This document shows, piece after piece, positions 43,818-44,835 of a stretch of DNA of 44,835 nt. The DNA comes from an uncultured Oscillospiraceae bacterium (GTDB lineage Bacteria > Bacillota > Clostridia > Oscillospirales > Oscillospiraceae), in NCBI GenBank assembly GCA_944386185.1, contig CALXAF010000195.1:1-44835 (forward strand), in the 5' to 3' direction. Every line of letters starts with the position of its first letter. Position 1 is the stretch's first letter. The notes beneath the pieces are model-generated. The model saw only the letters and a list, made by a program, of their open reading frames with translations. It was not told where the DNA came from and made no database searches. The translations under genes and the position numbers were made by a program.

Positions 43818-44186
43818 ATGGCCAGGCCCAATAAACGCCGTAGAGTTTGCCGTATGCCGGGTATAAGCGAATTTGCCCCATGTGGAAGGGAAAGCCGCTG
43901 TGAGTCGGTTGTGCTCACTCTTGACGAGTATGAAGCACTCAGGCTGGCTGACCTGGAGGGGCTGACACAGGAGCAGTGTGCCGAGCAGATGGACGTGTCC
44001 CGCGCCAGTGTATGCGCAACCCTTGATAGCGCCCGCCGCAAGATGGCCGATATGCTGGTAAATGGGAAACGGCTTATAATCGACGGCGGCCCTGTGGTCA
44101 TATGCGAGCAGTCGGGCTGCCACGGGTGTCCAAGGCACGGCGGATGCCGCACGGCTCCCCCGGCCGGGGCTCACCACGGCACCTAA
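43818..44186 (+). CDS. DUF134 (UPF0251) predicted DNA-binding protein with a C-terminal Cys cluster
   Basis: MARPNKRRRVCRMPG..., sigma-70 region-4-like LTLDEYEALRLADLEGLTQEQCAEQMDVSRASV. C-terminal C-x4-C-x2-C-x5-C (CEQSGCHGCPRHGGC). AGGGGTG RBS before ATG 43818. Confidence 0.8.
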   Translation: MARPNKRRRVCRMPGISEFAPCGRESRCESVVLTLDEYEALRLADLEGLTQEQCAEQMDVSRASVCATLDSARRKMADMLVNGKRLIIDGGPVVICEQSGCHGCPRHGGCRTAPPAGAHHGT

Positions 44187-44206
44187 TTCATCGGAGGTTA
44201 GAGAAG

Positions 44207-44812
44207 ATGACAGAGAAAGAGAAAATGATAAGCCACCTTACCTATGACCCCAACCACGACCGGGAACTGCTGGGCTCCATGATGCACAGCGTTGATGTCT
44301 GCATGGAGTACAACAGCTTAAACTCCACCCAGATTGAACGGCGTACAGAGATAATGAAAAACTTTCTGGGAAAGACGAACGGAAAATTCTACTTGGCCCC
44401 ACCATTCTGGTGTGACTACGGGTACAGGATAGAACTGGGTGAGAACTTTTTTGCCAACTACAACTGTGTCATGCTGGACGCCGGAGGCATAACATTTGGT
44501 GACAATGTGCTGGTTGGACCCAACTGCGGCTTCTACACCGCAGGCCACCCGATAGATTTCCCGCGCCGCAACCAGGGGCTTGAGTACGCTTACCCGATAA
44601 AGGTCGGGAATAACGTGTGGATAGGCGGCGGTGTACATGTGATGCCGGGCGTCACTATTGGCGATAACGTGGTTATCGGCGGAGGAAGCGTTGTTACACA
44701 TGACATTCCCGACAATGTGGTTGCTGCCGGAAACCCCTGCCGCGTCATCCGCCCCATAACTGATGAGGACTACACCAGAAGCTACGACTGGAATGCCGAC
44801 AAATCAAAATAA
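44207..44812 (+). CDS. maa: Maltose/galactoside O-acetyltransferase-like (left-handed beta-helix hexapeptide transferase)
   Basis: N-terminal Mac domain (MISHLTYDPNHDREL), hexapeptide repeats (VWIGGGVHVMPGVTIGDNVVIGGGSVV), NPCRVIR. GGAGG RBS before ATG 44207. Confidence 0.88.
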   Translation: MTEKEKMISHLTYDPNHDRELLGSMMHSVDVCMEYNSLNSTQIERRTEIMKNFLGKTNGKFYLAPPFWCDYGYRIELGENFFANYNCVMLDAGGITFGDNVLVGPNCGFYTAGHPIDFPRRNQGLEYAYPIKVGNNVWIGGGVHVMPGVTIGDNVVIGGGSVVTHDIPDNVVAAGNPCRVIRPITDEDYTRSYDWNADKSK

Positions 44813-44835
44813 TCCGGCAAAGGATATATAAATTG

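Noticed and set aside
1-44835. I looked for CRISPR arrays, tRNA/rRNA genes, IS elements, integrases, phage genes, and canonical defence or toxin-antitoxin modules.
   Set aside because: I found no spaced direct-repeat arrays, no cloverleaf-like sequences in the short intergenic regions, and no transposase, recombinase or phage-like ORFs in any frame. The only repeats found are the 91-bp tandem unit at 1796-1962 and intragenic duplications.

Overview
This 44.8-kb chromosomal segment reads like a moderately GC-rich, endospore-forming Firmicute of the Clostridia type. Supporting signs are spoVAD/spoVAE, a FabK-type enoyl reductase, FakA/DegV, GGAGG-type ribosome-binding sites and hairpin plus T-run terminators. 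I count about 50 protein genes. I saw no rRNA or tRNA, no CRISPR array, and no transposase, integrase or phage genes.

Core content:
- trxB-dut and Asp23-FakA.
- A roughly 10-kb minus-strand type II fatty-acid synthesis operon (acpP-fabK-fabD-fabG-fabF-accB-fabZ-accC-accD-accA). It is extended by a 4HBT thioesterase and an AMP-forming acyl-CoA ligase, and preceded by TetR-DegV.
- Two PcrA/UvrD-family helicases, a family-4 uracil-DNA glycosylase and Ogg.
- A LacI-type regulator with KdgK, IMPDH, and spoVAD-spoVAE.

Accessory content:
- An SdpR/SdpI-like pair and a type-A chloramphenicol acetyltransferase.
- An AT-richer ECF sigma/anti-sigma cassette.
- A DUF2156 + GNAT pair.
- A NifX-like protein with a His/Cys-rich tail, divergent from a DUF134 regulator.
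- An internally duplicated membrane protein of unknown function.

The most notable sequence-level observations are:
- An in-frame TGA inside fabG.
- A tandemly duplicated, hairpin-bearing promoter region upstream of trxB.
- The duplicated membrane protein behind a leader that carries a terminator-like hairpin.
- A truncated flavodoxin remnant.

I did not find a clear multi-gene novel system such as a defence island. The best follow-up candidates are listed with modest scores. All family calls come from recognising motifs by eye in the supplied translations; no searches or computations were run. Many ORF-track starts were trimmed to the start codon that has a plausible RBS.
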